DNA of 63,862 nucleotides, counting the filler, from Babesia bigemina (lineage: Eukaryota), in NCBI RefSeq assembly GCF_000981445.1. It is 17 parts of 17 records of this genome, joined end to end, with 100 filler letters (N's around TTAATTAATTAA, not from the genome) between each part and the next. Parts side by side here need not be neighbours in the genome. Positions count along the whole stretch, not along the records: positions 1 to 12,247 come from NW_012237022.1; positions 12,348 to 15,114 come from NW_012237023.1; positions 15,215 to 22,472 come from NW_012237024.1; positions 22,573 to 25,916 come from NW_012237026.1; 13 more parts are not named here. One strand, written 5' to 3'. The position numbers and the translations under genes are program-made. The notes under the pieces are model-generated. The model was not told the DNA's origin, did no database searches, and saw only the letters and a list, made by a program, of their open reading frames with translations. Positions 10,508 to 22,619 of the stretch are shown here, one piece after another (positions within the stretch are counted from its first letter, which is position 1; each line of letters begins with the position of its first letter).

Positions 10508-11416
10508 ACCCACTCTACATCGCTCCTTAACCCACTCTACAACGCCCCTTAATCCACTCCACATCGCTCCCTAACCCACTCTACATCGCTCCTCTATCCA
10601 CCCTACATCGCTCCTCTATCCACTCTACATCGCTCCCTAACCCACTCTACATCTAGCCCTTATCCACTCCACATCGCCCCTTAACCCACTCTACATCGCT
10701 CCTCTATCCACTCTTCATCGCTCCTCTATCCACCCTACATCGCTCCTTTATCCACTCCACATCGCTCCTTTATCCACTCTACATCGCCCCTTAACCCACT
10801 CCACATCGCCCCTTAACCCACTCCACATCGCCCCTTTACCCACCCTACATCGCTCCCTAACCCACTCTACATCGCCCCTTATCCACTCTACATCGCCCCT
10901 TATCCACTCTACATCGCCCCTTTATCCACTCTACATCGCTCCCTTATCCACCCTACATCGCTCCCTAACCCTCTCTACATCGCTCCTTAACCCACTCCAC
11001 ATCGCCCCTTATCCACTCTACATCGCCCCTTAACCTTCTCTAATCGCTCCCTTATCCACTCTACATCGCCCCTTTCACCACTCTACATCGCCCCTTTCAC
11101 CACTCTACATCGCCCCTTCATCCACCCTACATCGCCCCTTAACTCACTCCACATCGCCCCTTAACGTCCTCTAATCGCCCCTTAATCCACTCTACATCGC
11201 TCCCTAACCCACTCTACATCGCCCCTAAACCCACTCTACATCGCCCCTTAATCCACTCTACATCGCCCTTTTACCCACTCTACATCGCTCCTTTACCCAC
11301 TCTACATCGCCCCTTAATCCACTCTACATCGCTCCCTAACCCACTCTACATCGCTCCTTATCCACTCTACATCGCCCCTTTACCCACTCTACATCGCCCC
11401 TTTATCCACTCTACAT
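10508..11416 (+). repeat. 22-bp C-rich minisatellite, ~41 units
   Basis: Same unit as 1538-3613. Confidence 0.96.
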
Positions 11417-11499
11417 CTCTCGAATTACCTCGTCTTATTACCGCTATGACCTCTTTAGACCACAATAATAACTTGTGCTTGGTCACCCTTCACTGCCCT

Positions 11500-12247
11500 T
11501 CTGACTGAGTCCATCGACTGGTTGATCCAGGTTAGGCATGGGAACGGTGATGGTGGTGATGGTCTTACCAAGTTGTCTCAAGCTTTGAAAAAGTTGATTG
11601 AGGAGGCTATTGAGAAGGCTAATGATAGCCTTGACACCCGTCAAAAGCAACTCGAATGTCCTACTACCTCCGCTTCAGGAAGCGGTGTCTCCTACTGTCA
11701 GTCTCAGGAGACTGCAATTCAAAAAGCTAATGAACAACTTAAAACTCTAGAATCTAATAATCCTAATGACTCTAAAAAGCAAATTGATGAACTAAACGCT
11801 AAAATCGAGAAACTTAAAGCTGCTAAAAATGACTGTGCTAAGACCCATCACCTCCCTGAGGAGGAGAGGCAGAAGGGATTGGCTGAAGTGAAGCAGCAGA
11901 TGAAAATTGTTGAGAAACTTAAGAAATTTGCTACTGAACTTGGTGAAAATGATAATATTTTAACGCATTTATGTGACGGCCTCGAAAAGTTTCTCGGCTT
12001 CACTCTGAGTCCAAAGGCTACACTGGCCAGGGGATTGTGTACTCTGACCTGGATAGGCTGTGTGACGGGGTGATGGGATTTTTGAGTGGCGTTCTCAGTA
12101 ACATCAAAGAGCATTTAGGGCAGCATAAAGATACTTTGAATGATGCAATTGAGAGTCTTAACACCAATAAACACGCCGGTAAAAAAGTGTTTAATGATGC
12201 GATTGCGGAGGTGGTCGACGGGGTGCGGAGGTATTATGATGCTGTCA
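11500..12247 (+). pseudogene. ves: 5'-truncated ves N-terminal fragment with a frameshift at ~12001; cut by contig end
   Basis: ESIDWLIQVRHG start; GGCTTCACTCTGAG versus GGCTTCAACTCTGAG in paralogs splits ORFs 11522..12073 and 12037..12247. Confidence 0.75.
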
Positions 12248-12347
12248 NNNNNNNNNNNNNNNNNNNNNNNNNNNNNNNNNNNNNNNNNNNNTTAATTAAT
12301 TAANNNNNNNNNNNNNNNNNNNNNNNNNNNNNNNNNNNNNNNNNNNN
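12248..12347. other. Artificial contig spacer N44-TTAATTAATTAA-N44 (first of 16; others start at 15115, 22473, 25917, 28252, 30870, 33034, 36547, 38673, 43949, 46579, 49484, 53458, 55743, 57993, 61748)
   Basis: Identical 100-bp blocks whose core has stop codons in all six frames. Confidence 0.98.
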
Positions 12348-12369
12348 AAAAGGAAGGAGACCTCTATGC

Positions 12370-13480
12370 CCTTACCACTCCACATCGCCCCTTTATCGAC
12401 TCCCATCGCCCCTTTATCCACCCTTCATCGCCCCTTTACCCACTCTACATCGCTCCCTAACCCACCCTTCATCGCCCCTTTATCCACTCTACATCGCTCC
12501 CTAACCCACTCCACATCGCCCCTTAACCCACTCTACATCGCTCCTTTATCCACCCTACATCGCCCCTTTATCCACCCTACATCGCCCCTTTATCCACCCT
12601 ACATCGCCCCTTAACCCACTCTACATCGCTCCCTTACCCACTCTACATCGCTCCCTAACCCACTCTACATCGCTCCCTAACCCACTCTACACCGCCCCTT
12701 TATCCACTCCACATCGCCCCTTATCCACTCTACATCGCACCTTATCCACTCGACATCGCTCCCTAACCCACTCCACATCGCTCCTCTATCCACTCTACAT
12801 CGCCCCTTAACCCACTCTACATCGCCCCTTTACCCACTCTACATCGCCCCTTAATCCACTCTACATCGCTCCCTAACCCACTTCACATCGCCCCTTTATC
12901 CACTCCACATCGCTCCTTATCCACTCCACATCGCCCCTTAACCCACTCCACATCGCCCCTTAACGTCCTCTAATCGCCCCTTAATCCACTCTACATCGCT
13001 CCCTAACCCACTCTACATCGCCCCTTTACCCACTCCACATCGCTCCCTAACCCACTCTACATCGCTCCTTTACCCACTCCACATCGCCCCTTTATCCACT
13101 CTACATCGCTCCTTTACCCACTCCACATCGCTCCCTAACCCACTCTACATCGCTCCTTTACCCACTCCACATCGCCCCTTTATCCACTCTACATCGCCCC
13201 TTTACCCACTCTACATCGCTCCTTTATCCACTCTACATCGCTCCTTTACCCACTCCACATCGCCCCTTACTCCACTCTACATCGCCCCTTAACCCACTCT
13301 ACATCGCCCCTTTATCCACTCCACATCGCCCCTTAACCCACTCTTCATCGCTCCCTAACCCACTCTACATCGCCCCTTTATCCACTCTACATCGCTCCCT
13401 AATCCACTCTACATCGCTCCTTTACCCACTCTACATCGCCCCTTTACCCACTCTACATCGCTCCCTAACCCACTCCAAAT
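12370..13480 (+). repeat. 22-bp C-rich minisatellite
   Basis: Same unit, ends in cap at 13481. Confidence 0.96.
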
Positions 13481-13583
13481 CTCTCGAATTACCTCGTCTT
13501 ATTAACGCTATGACCTCCATAAACCTTTATAATAACTTGCTGATACTGACCATTCTCTTACTGACGATGCTACTAGAAGAGCC

Positions 13584-15114
13584 TTGAAGGACATTGACTC
13601 CAAGCTCATTAGCCTTGGTCACCTTGCTGGTCAACTTGGAGGATTTGTTGGTGAGAGTGAGAGTGTTAAGAAAGCCGTTGTGAATGCTATTATCGCCCAA
13701 ATTAACAGTACTGAAGAGCTTAAAAATGATTACTCTTCTCATGTTACTACCCTTTCTGAGTCTGTCAACTCTGCTGACCAGGCTGATGGCACCGATGAAA
13801 TTGTGAAGCTTAGTGAGCGAGTTACTCAGCAAATTAAGCTTCTTGAACAACAACTTAATAGCCCTAAAAACCTTTATAATAGTCTTCCTTCTTCCCCCTC
13901 TTCCTCTGCTGAGTCAGACAAATTGCACTCCAAGTTGGAGGCTTTGAAGAAAGTGGAGAAGCTTTGTGGATTTCATGAGAATCTTAAAACTATGCCAAAT
14001 GATCCTAAAAATCTCTTAGAGAATCTTTGTGACGGCCTCGAAACTTTCCTCGGCTTCAACAAAGATTCCAAAGGCTACGATGGCAGTGGGATAGTGTATT
14101 CGGACTTGGATAGGCTGTGTGACGGGGTGATGGGATTTTTGAGTGGAGTGCTTGGTGCGGTGAAAAACACTCAGACATACAATGTGGGTAGAAAAACATT
14201 ACAAAACTTGGTAAGTGATGAAATTAACAAACATCTTTGCTCAGGGCACGATGGTTTCACTACGCTCCTTCCCCGTCTGACTAATGAGATCGGGAAGTAC
14301 AACACAGAAGTGAGAGACTCCAATGAGAAAGTTAAGAAGCCCATTGAAGAGTTGTTAAATCAGGTGGGTGATGCATTTATGAACAAGGTACAAAATATAT
14401 TGCCGCAGGAAAATGAGGGTGAAGATCCCGAGAAAGTGCAGGCGGCGGAGAAGCAGATTAAGAATATGTTTCGAGACGAGATAAAAACATTCAATAACAC
14501 GTTTAATAACGCATATAATTTCACTACTAAAATTGAAAAAACAGACATGAAAATTGCAATTAATTATTTGAATTCCTCGTTGCAGCTTAGAGTGAAACAC
14601 GGCGTCAGTAACGTGGCTCATGAGATTAAGCGGCTGGAGCAGGTGGCGGATAAGGAGCAGAAGACCTTCGAGTCCGCTGAGAAAAAAGTAAAAGAGGTGA
14701 TGAAAACACTCAAAGAGGGTGTAGATGCAAAAATTGCTAATCATGTGCATAGGCTGGTGGAGCAATTGAAAGGTAAGGTGCAGGAGATATTAGATGATTT
14801 GAAGAGCATCAATGGTTCGCTAGTTAACTACATAAATCAGATGCAGGGGTGGATTGATAAGGCACAATTAGCTATTGATGCAGCGTTGGAGAAAATTGAC
14901 TTCATTTTTAAAGAAGTTAATGAAGGTGATTCATATAAGAATCCGAAGCCAATGAAGGAGGCAGCGGAGGCGTTGAAGAAACAGGCTCAGATACTGTTCG
15001 AAGTTGGTAACGAAGTTAAACAGAAAATTGAGGAATTGGTACCTAAGGCTAAGGTGTTAGTAGGGCAGTTGGACCTCGCGATTAGAGGAGATTTGAATGA
15101 CCCCAAAGTGCAAT
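13584..15114 (+). CDS. ves: 5'-truncated ves fragment, cut by contig end
   Basis: DIDSKLISLGHLAGQLGGFVG and GIVYSDLDRLCDGVMGFL; ves frame is out of frame with cap ATG 13510. Confidence 0.8.
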
Positions 15115-15214
15115 NNNNNNNNNNNNNNNNNNNNNNNNNNNNNNNNNNNNNNNNNNNNTTAATTAATTAANNNNNNNNNNNNNNNNNNNNNNNNNNNNNN
15201 NNNNNNNNNNNNNN

Positions 15215-15620
15215 CCCACTCTACATCGCTCCTTAACCCACTCCACATCGCCCCTTAACCCACCCTACATCGCCCCTTTATCCACTCTACATCGCCCCTT
15301 TATCCACTCCACATCGCCCCTTATCCACTCTACATCGCTCCCTAATCCACGCTACATCGCTCCCTAACCCACTCTACATCGCTCCCTAACCCACTCTACA
15401 TCGCTCCCTAATCCACTCTACATCGCCCCTTATCCACTCTACATCGCTCCCTAATCCACTCCACATCGCTCCCTAACTCACTCTACATCGCCCCTTAACT
15501 CACTCTACATCGCTCCCTAACCCACTCTACATCGCTCCCTAATCCACTCTACATCGCCCCTTTACCCACTCCACATCGCCCCTTTGTCCACTCCACATCG
15601 CTCCTTTATCCACTCTACAT
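15215..15620 (+). repeat. 22-bp C-rich minisatellite
   Basis: Same unit. Confidence 0.95.
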
Positions 15621-15772
15621 CCGTCAAATCACCTTGCCATAATACCGCTATGACCTCTTTAAAGCATCCTTATAACTTGTGCCTTGTCACCTTTCCCTTG
15701 CCTCCTTCCACCTCTTGCCACTGCCCTGACCATGTGCCGCCTAGGGAGCTTGACATGAAATTTGACTAAATT

Positions 15773-18700
15773 TTGAACCCTAAAATTCCCTCAAATAACA
15801 ACCCTAATAACATCCTTACTAACCTCTGCACCGGCCTTGAGACTTTCCTCGGCTTCAACTCTGCTTCCAAAGGCTACACTGGTGATGGAATTGTGTACTC
15901 CGACCTGGATAGGCTGTGTGACGGGGTGATGGGATTTTTGAGTGGTGTTCTCAGTAACATCAAAGAGCATTTAGGGCAGCATAGAGATATTATTCAGCCT
16001 GCAATTAACATACTTAACAAAAATAAACACGGCGGTAAAAAAGGTTTTAATGCTGCGATTGAAAGTGTGGTTAAAGGGGTGCGGGGGTATAATGAGAGTG
16101 TTGCTGGCAGTAATAAAAAGGTGAGTGAACCGATGACTCTCATACTTTCGCAGGTGAATGAAGGGTTCAAGAGAAGTGTAACCGAGATACTACCGCAAGA
16201 AACACTTTCTAAAGCCAAGGACTTCCAGGTCAGCAGCGCCGTAGAGAAGATCGACAAGCTGCTTCAACAATGTCAGAAGCACGCAGCGAAATTTAATACT
16301 CAGTTGAACATTGACAATACCGATAATATAATTAAAAACGCGATCAATGATCTTAATAATGACTTATCACTTAGAGTTAAGAATTCCATTAAGAGTGTTA
16401 AGTATGAGACCGACCGAATGAATAGAATGGCAGAGAGCCGGCAAAATGAGTTGCAGGAAACGACAGCAAAGATTAAATCTGTATTTTCCAACGTCGAAAA
16501 CTGCATAAATAACAAAGTTCGTGAAGATATAGATAAACTTGTCAATGACTTAAAGTCGAGGGTGCAGAAAATCTTAGAGCAGCTTAACATCATTAGTGGC
16601 AAGCTAAAGGGGTACGTAAGTGAGCTGCAAACGTGGATTGACTCAGTCACGACAGTCATAAAGTCGGCTTTGGAGAAGGTTGAATCTCTACTGAAAGAGG
16701 TTAACGAAGGCGATTCAGGTATGAAGCCGCATAAGATTAAGGAAGCGGCGAGGGAGATCACAGCAGCGGTATTGATACTACACGGCGCCGGCGAGGTGGC
16801 AATACAGCAAGTTAAGGATAGTGTTAATACGGCGCTTGAGCAGGTGAAAGAGATGGACGGAAAGCTCAAGGAGGATTTGAAGAAAGTGAAGGATGCTGTT
16901 AGCAGGCAGGTGGAGGAGATTAAGACGGCGATTGGGAAGTTGTACAATAAAATAAATCCAGATCACGTGGGGGAGATAACAGAGGAACAGAAAAAAATCG
17001 AAGCGGTCGTCAAGCATATTCACAGTGAAGTCAGAGCGATAGACGGTTCCGGAGGGAACGCACGAAGAACAACAGTAACCGCAACAGGGCTCGCAGGCAT
17101 AGTAAGTGGAGTAAAGTGGACATATGCTACGAAATTGCAGAGTAGATTTACTGAGGCTATTCAGCAAATGGTTCAGAAGTTAGCGGACAGCGGTGCTGTC
17201 CGAAAGTGTTTGAGTGAGCATATTACATGGAACCAGGATTATTTCAATAAACCCCTAAATAACGAGAAAAGCCTGCCCGGTAAAATAAAAGAGTTAAGTA
17301 AGATTGTTAGCAGCACAATTACGAATAAGATACAGGCAATAACTCCATCGCCAACACTTGGTTCCCAGCCAGCTGTTGACGAAGTTTTGGGAGGCATTCA
17401 GATGTATCTCTCACAAATATGCCGCGCTGTCGATGGTCAGGAAGATAGTGTTCAGACTGACATTGATAACGAATTGCAGAGAGGAACGTTCCAATTACGG
17501 AAGCCGTCCGACAGATACAGTGATTACTACCTTAAGCAGGCCATCCAGAATATTCTCATTGCAGTGAACGCAGCCGTCGGAGGAGCTGCAGAGGAATTCG
17601 GCAGATTCAAAAATGATTCACAGATCACTAACTTGGGACCGGCGTTGGCTGCCGCTGAACGTATTGAAGATAGGTTACGCCAGTCATATGCCAGAGCTCA
17701 AGGGGAAAATGGTCCCGCCGCCGCCGTCGACTCCGCGATCACGGAGGTGACGAGAGTCCTTGGGGAGAAGTTAAAAAAGGATGACAGCGATCCAGCAAGT
17801 GATCCTGCAAAAGTGAAGATGGATGCTAGTATATTCACTGGTTACACAACGTGCGTCGACCAAACACCAGGCAAGTTAAGCGGTGACATTGACCAGCTAG
17901 CAGGCACCCTTCCGGAGAAGATCAAAGATATTAGGGAGAAAGTTAAGTCTGCTTTGAATAAAATCGACAGTGAAAAGGAATACGCAGTAAAGGAATTGGA
18001 GAAAGTCACTGCCACTCTTCATGACCTCTGTCAGTTAGTTAAGAGTGACGGCGAATTTGCGAAGGGGAATCTGATCAGTTTGAGAGACAAGTTCTTCAAC
18101 AAGGCTGAACATGTGAAGGATAGCATTAATAGAATCAGATATGAAATCAGTGAGCTAGGTAACAAAGAGTTGAATGACGTCATCAAAAAGGCTACCTACT
18201 TCCTAAGTAGCGCTGAACCTACCGGTAAGGCTACGATCACAGCGATCGGATCTTTTGTCAGCTCAAACGTCGAAGAAGCCCAGAAGGATCTCATCACCAA
18301 GATCAACAAGAACTACGTCACTTCGGTGCAAGACATGCTGCTAGAGTTTGCGGAAAAAACCAAGAAGGAGTTGGAGCTTCTACCTAAGGAAATCACCGAC
18401 GATCTGGACATCGGTTACAAGGGGTTCATGAAGAAATTTGAGAAGCACTTCGTAACGCACGAAAAGTCAATCAAGACCATCAAAGACATAAATCCTAAGC
18501 CCGTTGCGCAAGAAAAATCACCAATGAGTCAGGCGGCAGCAAAGTTCTTTGGAAGCCTAAATAGGTTTTTGCATGATCTAGAGAAGCAGCCGGACTTCAA
18601 AACGGACTATGAAAAAATTAAGCCAACACGTGACGCGCTGGCTAAGTTGTTCGGAGATCTTGTCACTTCGGAGTACTTCAATCACGAGTTTTCTCGAAAT

Positions 18701-20980
18701 CTATCGGCGCTGAAAGTAACGCTCAGTGAATTGAAGCCTTCATTATATGGTGAAGGGAATACCCCTTCGCTTCTCAATGCTCTGAAGAACGGTTTCACGA
18801 CTTCGGCAACGGAGCTCAACAATGCGTACATCTCGACCTACGACAGTGAGAGGTTTGGTGCTGAGCTCGTCGAAAAAGATAAACTAACAGCGTACGGAAC
18901 CAAGTTAAGTAAGGTCTGCTTGACCGTAGTTTCGACGTCATACAATGTGTTGAACACAGTGAGGAAGTACTCCGGTACCATGTGGAGGTCTGACAAGATA
19001 AATCAATCGACACCAATCGGACACTTTCTCGGCAACAACGGATACGTCGTATCCAAGGACATACAAGACGGCCAGTTGCGGAACGGAGATGGTATGCTAG
19101 GCTGGCATGTTTACAAAAGCCTCGTTAAGAATGCCGATGGCCGTGTCTACAGACATCATGATGCTGATAAGGACAACGGTCCACTTAAAACTCTGCACAA
19201 CTGCCTCGAAACATATTATGAAGTCTGTCACCAGTCCACTTTCGCTTCGAAGCGACAGCCATCCTCCGTGTTCGAAATGCTGTGCTGGTTGTGTGGGTTG
19301 CCGTGCAATTCTGTATATGAAGCTTTGTTGCGTGACACGATGAGTGACTTATTCGAGGACCCGAAGAAGCAGACGACGGAGGCCGGCGAGGACCATGAGT
19401 TCACGCTAGTCACGCCAGATGCATTATGCCTGAACGCGTACCCGAGTAACATCACGTATGGCAATAGCGTAAAGGCAGTGCGCCACCTTTGTCTGAGATC
19501 CTACGATCTGCTGACTGCAATCCTCGGCACCGGAGACGCGTACTCCATGTACGCCGTCGACTTTTGCAACAACTCGCATAATTTCTATTATCCGCAGAAA
19601 GGCGACGACTGCCTACAAATGCTGCTTGACATCCTCCGTAGTTTATTGCCATCGCTCAACTTCTTGCACAGCCAGTGTAAGTTGACTGCCGAACATCGCG
19701 GTTGGTCCGACTGTTGGTACGGTAAAGGCGTACAGTCATCCAAATCGCAGTGTAATGATCACTCAACGGGCAAAGCAGCGTGCCAAGCAGATGGTCAACC
19801 AAAGTGCCAGGCAACGTGTCAACCAACGTCGCCACTTCAGTCGTATTTGTCCGATTGCCTTACCGGCCACTTGCCTCACCAGGTAAGCAGCATCGGTTGC
19901 AAGGCCAAATGTGCGACGTGTCCTAAGGGCCTCCCTGGCCAACCGTGCATTACTCCTCTGGGCTTCCGTGGCTTTTCAGGTGGTATGAAGACAGGTGAGG
20001 ACCTATGCAAAGCGCTGACTAAATTCTTCGTCAATGTCCAATATTCATCGTTGCTTTGCTTGATGCCCAAACCGCCGTCTACATTACCAGAGCACTTCCA
20101 GTTTGTATCTACATTAGCGCGCGTGCTGGAGAATAGCAAAGGCGTCAACGACAGTGCAGTCAAAACAGCATTTGAAACGGCCACCAAAGAGATGTCTATC
20201 GAACTGTACAATGATACTAGTGACTTCACGAATGCACTTCGCAATGCATATCACAGCCACCGTCCAGACGGCCATAAAACATACTCAGAAGCCGACCTGT
20301 CCACGCTTTCGGTATCAACGCCATGTACGTTTGCTAGTAGCGATAAGATTCATTGCGCTCCTTATCTCAGAGCTCTATGCGACGATTCATATACCTATCT
20401 CGCCGAGAAGCATTCAGAACTGTATTTCTCATGGGCTCTCTATTTACCATTGGCATTGTACGATTGCCTGAAATCACTGCTGGACTCATTCGGCAATATT
20501 TCCTGCCGCGACTGGGGATGCAGTCGTTGTACTCATGGAACGAAATGTTCTCGCGGTAAGCACGGCATGGAGAACTGTCAGTGTCGCGGAATTGTCGAAT
20601 GCCGCGGTGTAAGTAGTACTTTTTACAGTTACGGATTCACTTTTCGCGATTCGACTAAATTACACGGCGATACCAGTAAGAGTTATTGCCATCATTTTTA
20701 CATACAACTGAAAAATGTACTGCAATCGACGCATTTCACAGCATTGTTCAAAGAGTGCGACGAATTCCTGTTCACCATCAGAGAGCCGTTTATATGGCTC
20801 AATGTCGCCCTCTGGTCGCTGTCCCTCTTCTACCTCATCTGCGTAATGGTTGGCAGACTGGATGTGCTCCACATACGCTCACACCTGAGGATACCGTCGT
20901 CGCACAAGATAACGGCGCAATCATTGTTGGCAGCAGCGCAAGTCGGAAGGCTTGCCAAGATATCGTATCTACAACCGTAA
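15773..20980 (+). CDS. ves: ves/VESA-like antigen, 1735-aa frame (tail type II); separated from cap ATG 15650 by in-frame TAA at 15767-15769
   Basis: GIVYSDLDRLCDGVM motif, Cys-rich C-domain, TM, tail RLDVLHIRSHLRIPSSHKITAQSLLAAAQVGRLAKISYLQP. Confidence 0.88.
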   Translation: MNPKIPSNNNPNNILTNLCTGLETFLGFNSASKGYTGDGIVYSDLDRLCDGVMGFLSGVLSNIKEHLGQHRDIIQPAINILNKNKHGGKKGFNAAIESVVKGVRGYNESVAGSNKKVSEPMTLILSQVNEGFKRSVTEILPQETLSKAKDFQVSSAVEKIDKLLQQCQKHAAKFNTQLNIDNTDNIIKNAINDLNNDLSLRVKNSIKSVKYETDRMNRMAESRQNELQETTAKIKSVFSNVENCINNKVREDIDKLVNDLKSRVQKILEQLNIISGKLKGYVSELQTWIDSVTTVIKSALEKVESLLKEVNEGDSGMKPHKIKEAAREITAAVLILHGAGEVAIQQVKDSVNTALEQVKEMDGKLKEDLKKVKDAVSRQVEEIKTAIGKLYNKINPDHVGEITEEQKKIEAVVKHIHSEVRAIDGSGGNARRTTVTATGLAGIVSGVKWTYATKLQSRFTEAIQQMVQKLADSGAVRKCLSEHITWNQDYFNKPLNNEKSLPGKIKELSKIVSSTITNKIQAITPSPTLGSQPAVDEVLGGIQMYLSQICRAVDGQEDSVQTDIDNELQRGTFQLRKPSDRYSDYYLKQAIQNILIAVNAAVGGAAEEFGRFKNDSQITNLGPALAAAERIEDRLRQSYARAQGENGPAAAVDSAITEVTRVLGEKLKKDDSDPASDPAKVKMDASIFTGYTTCVDQTPGKLSGDIDQLAGTLPEKIKDIREKVKSALNKIDSEKEYAVKELEKVTATLHDLCQLVKSDGEFAKGNLISLRDKFFNKAEHVKDSINRIRYEISELGNKELNDVIKKATYFLSSAEPTGKATITAIGSFVSSNVEEAQKDLITKINKNYVTSVQDMLLEFAEKTKKELELLPKEITDDLDIGYKGFMKKFEKHFVTHEKSIKTIKDINPKPVAQEKSPMSQAAAKFFGSLNRFLHDLEKQPDFKTDYEKIKPTRDALAKLFGDLVTSEYFNHEFSRNLSALKVTLSELKPSLYGEGNTPSLLNALKNGFTTSATELNNAYISTYDSERFGAELVEKDKLTAYGTKLSKVCLTVVSTSYNVLNTVRKYSGTMWRSDKINQSTPIGHFLGNNGYVVSKDIQDGQLRNGDGMLGWHVYKSLVKNADGRVYRHHDADKDNGPLKTLHNCLETYYEVCHQSTFASKRQPSSVFEMLCWLCGLPCNSVYEALLRDTMSDLFEDPKKQTTEAGEDHEFTLVTPDALCLNAYPSNITYGNSVKAVRHLCLRSYDLLTAILGTGDAYSMYAVDFCNNSHNFYYPQKGDDCLQMLLDILRSLLPSLNFLHSQCKLTAEHRGWSDCWYGKGVQSSKSQCNDHSTGKAACQADGQPKCQATCQPTSPLQSYLSDCLTGHLPHQVSSIGCKAKCATCPKGLPGQPCITPLGFRGFSGGMKTGEDLCKALTKFFVNVQYSSLLCLMPKPPSTLPEHFQFVSTLARVLENSKGVNDSAVKTAFETATKEMSIELYNDTSDFTNALRNAYHSHRPDGHKTYSEADLSTLSVSTPCTFASSDKIHCAPYLRALCDDSYTYLAEKHSELYFSWALYLPLALYDCLKSLLDSFGNISCRDWGCSRCTHGTKCSRGKHGMENCQCRGIVECRGVSSTFYSYGFTFRDSTKLHGDTSKSYCHHFYIQLKNVLQSTHFTALFKECDEFLFTIREPFIWLNVALWSLSLFYLICVMVGRLDVLHIRSHLRIPSSHKITAQSLLAAAQVGRLAKISYLQP

Positions 20981-21129
20981 TTGTATTCACGCTTGTAATT
21001 ACTACATTCACATGAACTCACGTAACAACTCACCCACTCACCTAACCGACAAACGTAGTCTAATGTCTCGAATTACTCTAGCGGCAACCTGTGAACTAAA
21101 TAGCACCTGAATTAGGTTATGAGTGAACG

Positions 21130-21515
21130 ACCAAGCAACGTGTTGACCTAGCAACCAGGCAACGTGCTGATCTAGCACACAGGCAAAGTGCTAAGCTAGC
21201 AACCAGGCTAAGTGCTAACCTAGCACCCAGGCAAAGTGGTAACCTAGCACCCAGGCAAAGTGGTAAGCTAGCAACCAGGCAAAGTGGTAAGCTGGCACAC
21301 AGGCAAAGTGGTAAGCAAGCACGCAGGCAAAGTGCTAACCTAGCAACCAGGCAAAGTGGTAAGCTAGCAACCAGGCAAAGTGGTAAGCTGGCAACCAGGC
21401 AAAGTGGTAAGCTTACAACCAGACAACGTGGTAAGCTAGCACTCAGGCAAAGTGCTAAGCTAGCACACAGGCTAAGTGTTAAGGTAGCACACAGGCAAAG
21501 TGGTAACCTAGCACA
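21130..21515 (+). repeat. 24-bp tandem array (AGGCAAAGTGGTAAGCTAGCAACC)
   Basis: About 16 units after the type II 3' UTR; also at 49584-49770 (-). Confidence 0.92.
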
Positions 21516-22019
21516 TGAACCGTAATTTGGTGAGTGTTGTAGCACGTTGATTGCCTGTTGCGTTGAGTTACGCGTTGACTGTGAGAGGCGTCCGCGTTGC
21601 CCATTGAGTCAGTGTCACGTGAGGCTAGGTGATTGGTCGCTAACGTAGCGGTCGTGAGGGCCGCGGCGGGTGACCCAAGTCGTGTGTTGCGAGTCACTGG
21701 CAGGGTGGCGTAATCCGCGTTGGTCTGGTTAAGTAGCATTTATAGGCAGCAATGTAGCGATGGTTCATATCACATTTAGGCACGTAGCCGACACGCTCCG
21801 CCAGCATGGCGCCGATACCGCGGCTCGTAGCACGGTGCTGCTGCACTGTGGGAGTTGAGCGCACGGGGATCGCTGCAATTTCAATGGCGTTGCGAATAGT
21901 GAATAATTTAGAGTGACAGTTGGTGCTGATGACATGCGTCGCGTCAGGCATAGCCGTGGTATCCTGGGCAGCGTGGGTGTCGGTGGCCTGGGCTGGGGGG
22001 ATACAGCAGTGAGGGTAGG

Positions 22020-22460
22020 TGTTGATGAGGGGACTGGGAACGGCAGTGGTAGTGTAGCAGTTGGTGAGTGCTTGCTAGGTGATTGATATGTCTGCAGGTT
22101 GAGGGGACTGGGAACGGCAGTGGTACGTGTAGCAGTTGGTGAATGCTGCTTAGGCGATTGATATGTTCGCAGGCTGAGGTGACTCGGAGCGGCAGTGGTA
22201 GCGTTGCAGAGAGTCAAGACGTTCCTAGGTGATTGATAGTTATCACGTTGAAGCGGCTGGGAACTGCAGTAGTACTATTAACAGTTGGCAAATACCTGGC
22301 TTATGTGATTCATATGCTGACAGGATGAGGGGAGAGTGAGCGGTATTGGTAGTGTAGCAGTTCAAGAATGCGTCCATTATCTGATTTATAAGTTTGCAGG
22401 TTGACCGCAAAGGGAACGACAGTCGTAGTCTTCCAGTTGATGAGAGCTGTTTAAGTACAG
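22020..22460 (+). repeat. Degenerate ~75-bp G-rich array
   Basis: GAGGGGACTGGGA.CGGCAGTGGTA..GTAGCAGTTGGTGAGTG units as at 55843-56620. Confidence 0.85.
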
Positions 22461-22619
22461 ATGGAGATGATANNNNNNNNNNNNNNNNNNNNNNNNNNNN
22501 NNNNNNNNNNNNNNNNTTAATTAATTAANNNNNNNNNNNNNNNNNNNNNNNNNNNNNNNNNNNNNNNNNNNNCCCAGTCAACCCATTAGAAGCATTTGGA
22601 AAAATGCTTGATGGAATTT

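Noticed and set aside
12248..12347. TTAATTAATTAA palindrome as a biological site, and gene order across spacers
   Set aside because: Artificial linker; adjacency across spacers carries no information.
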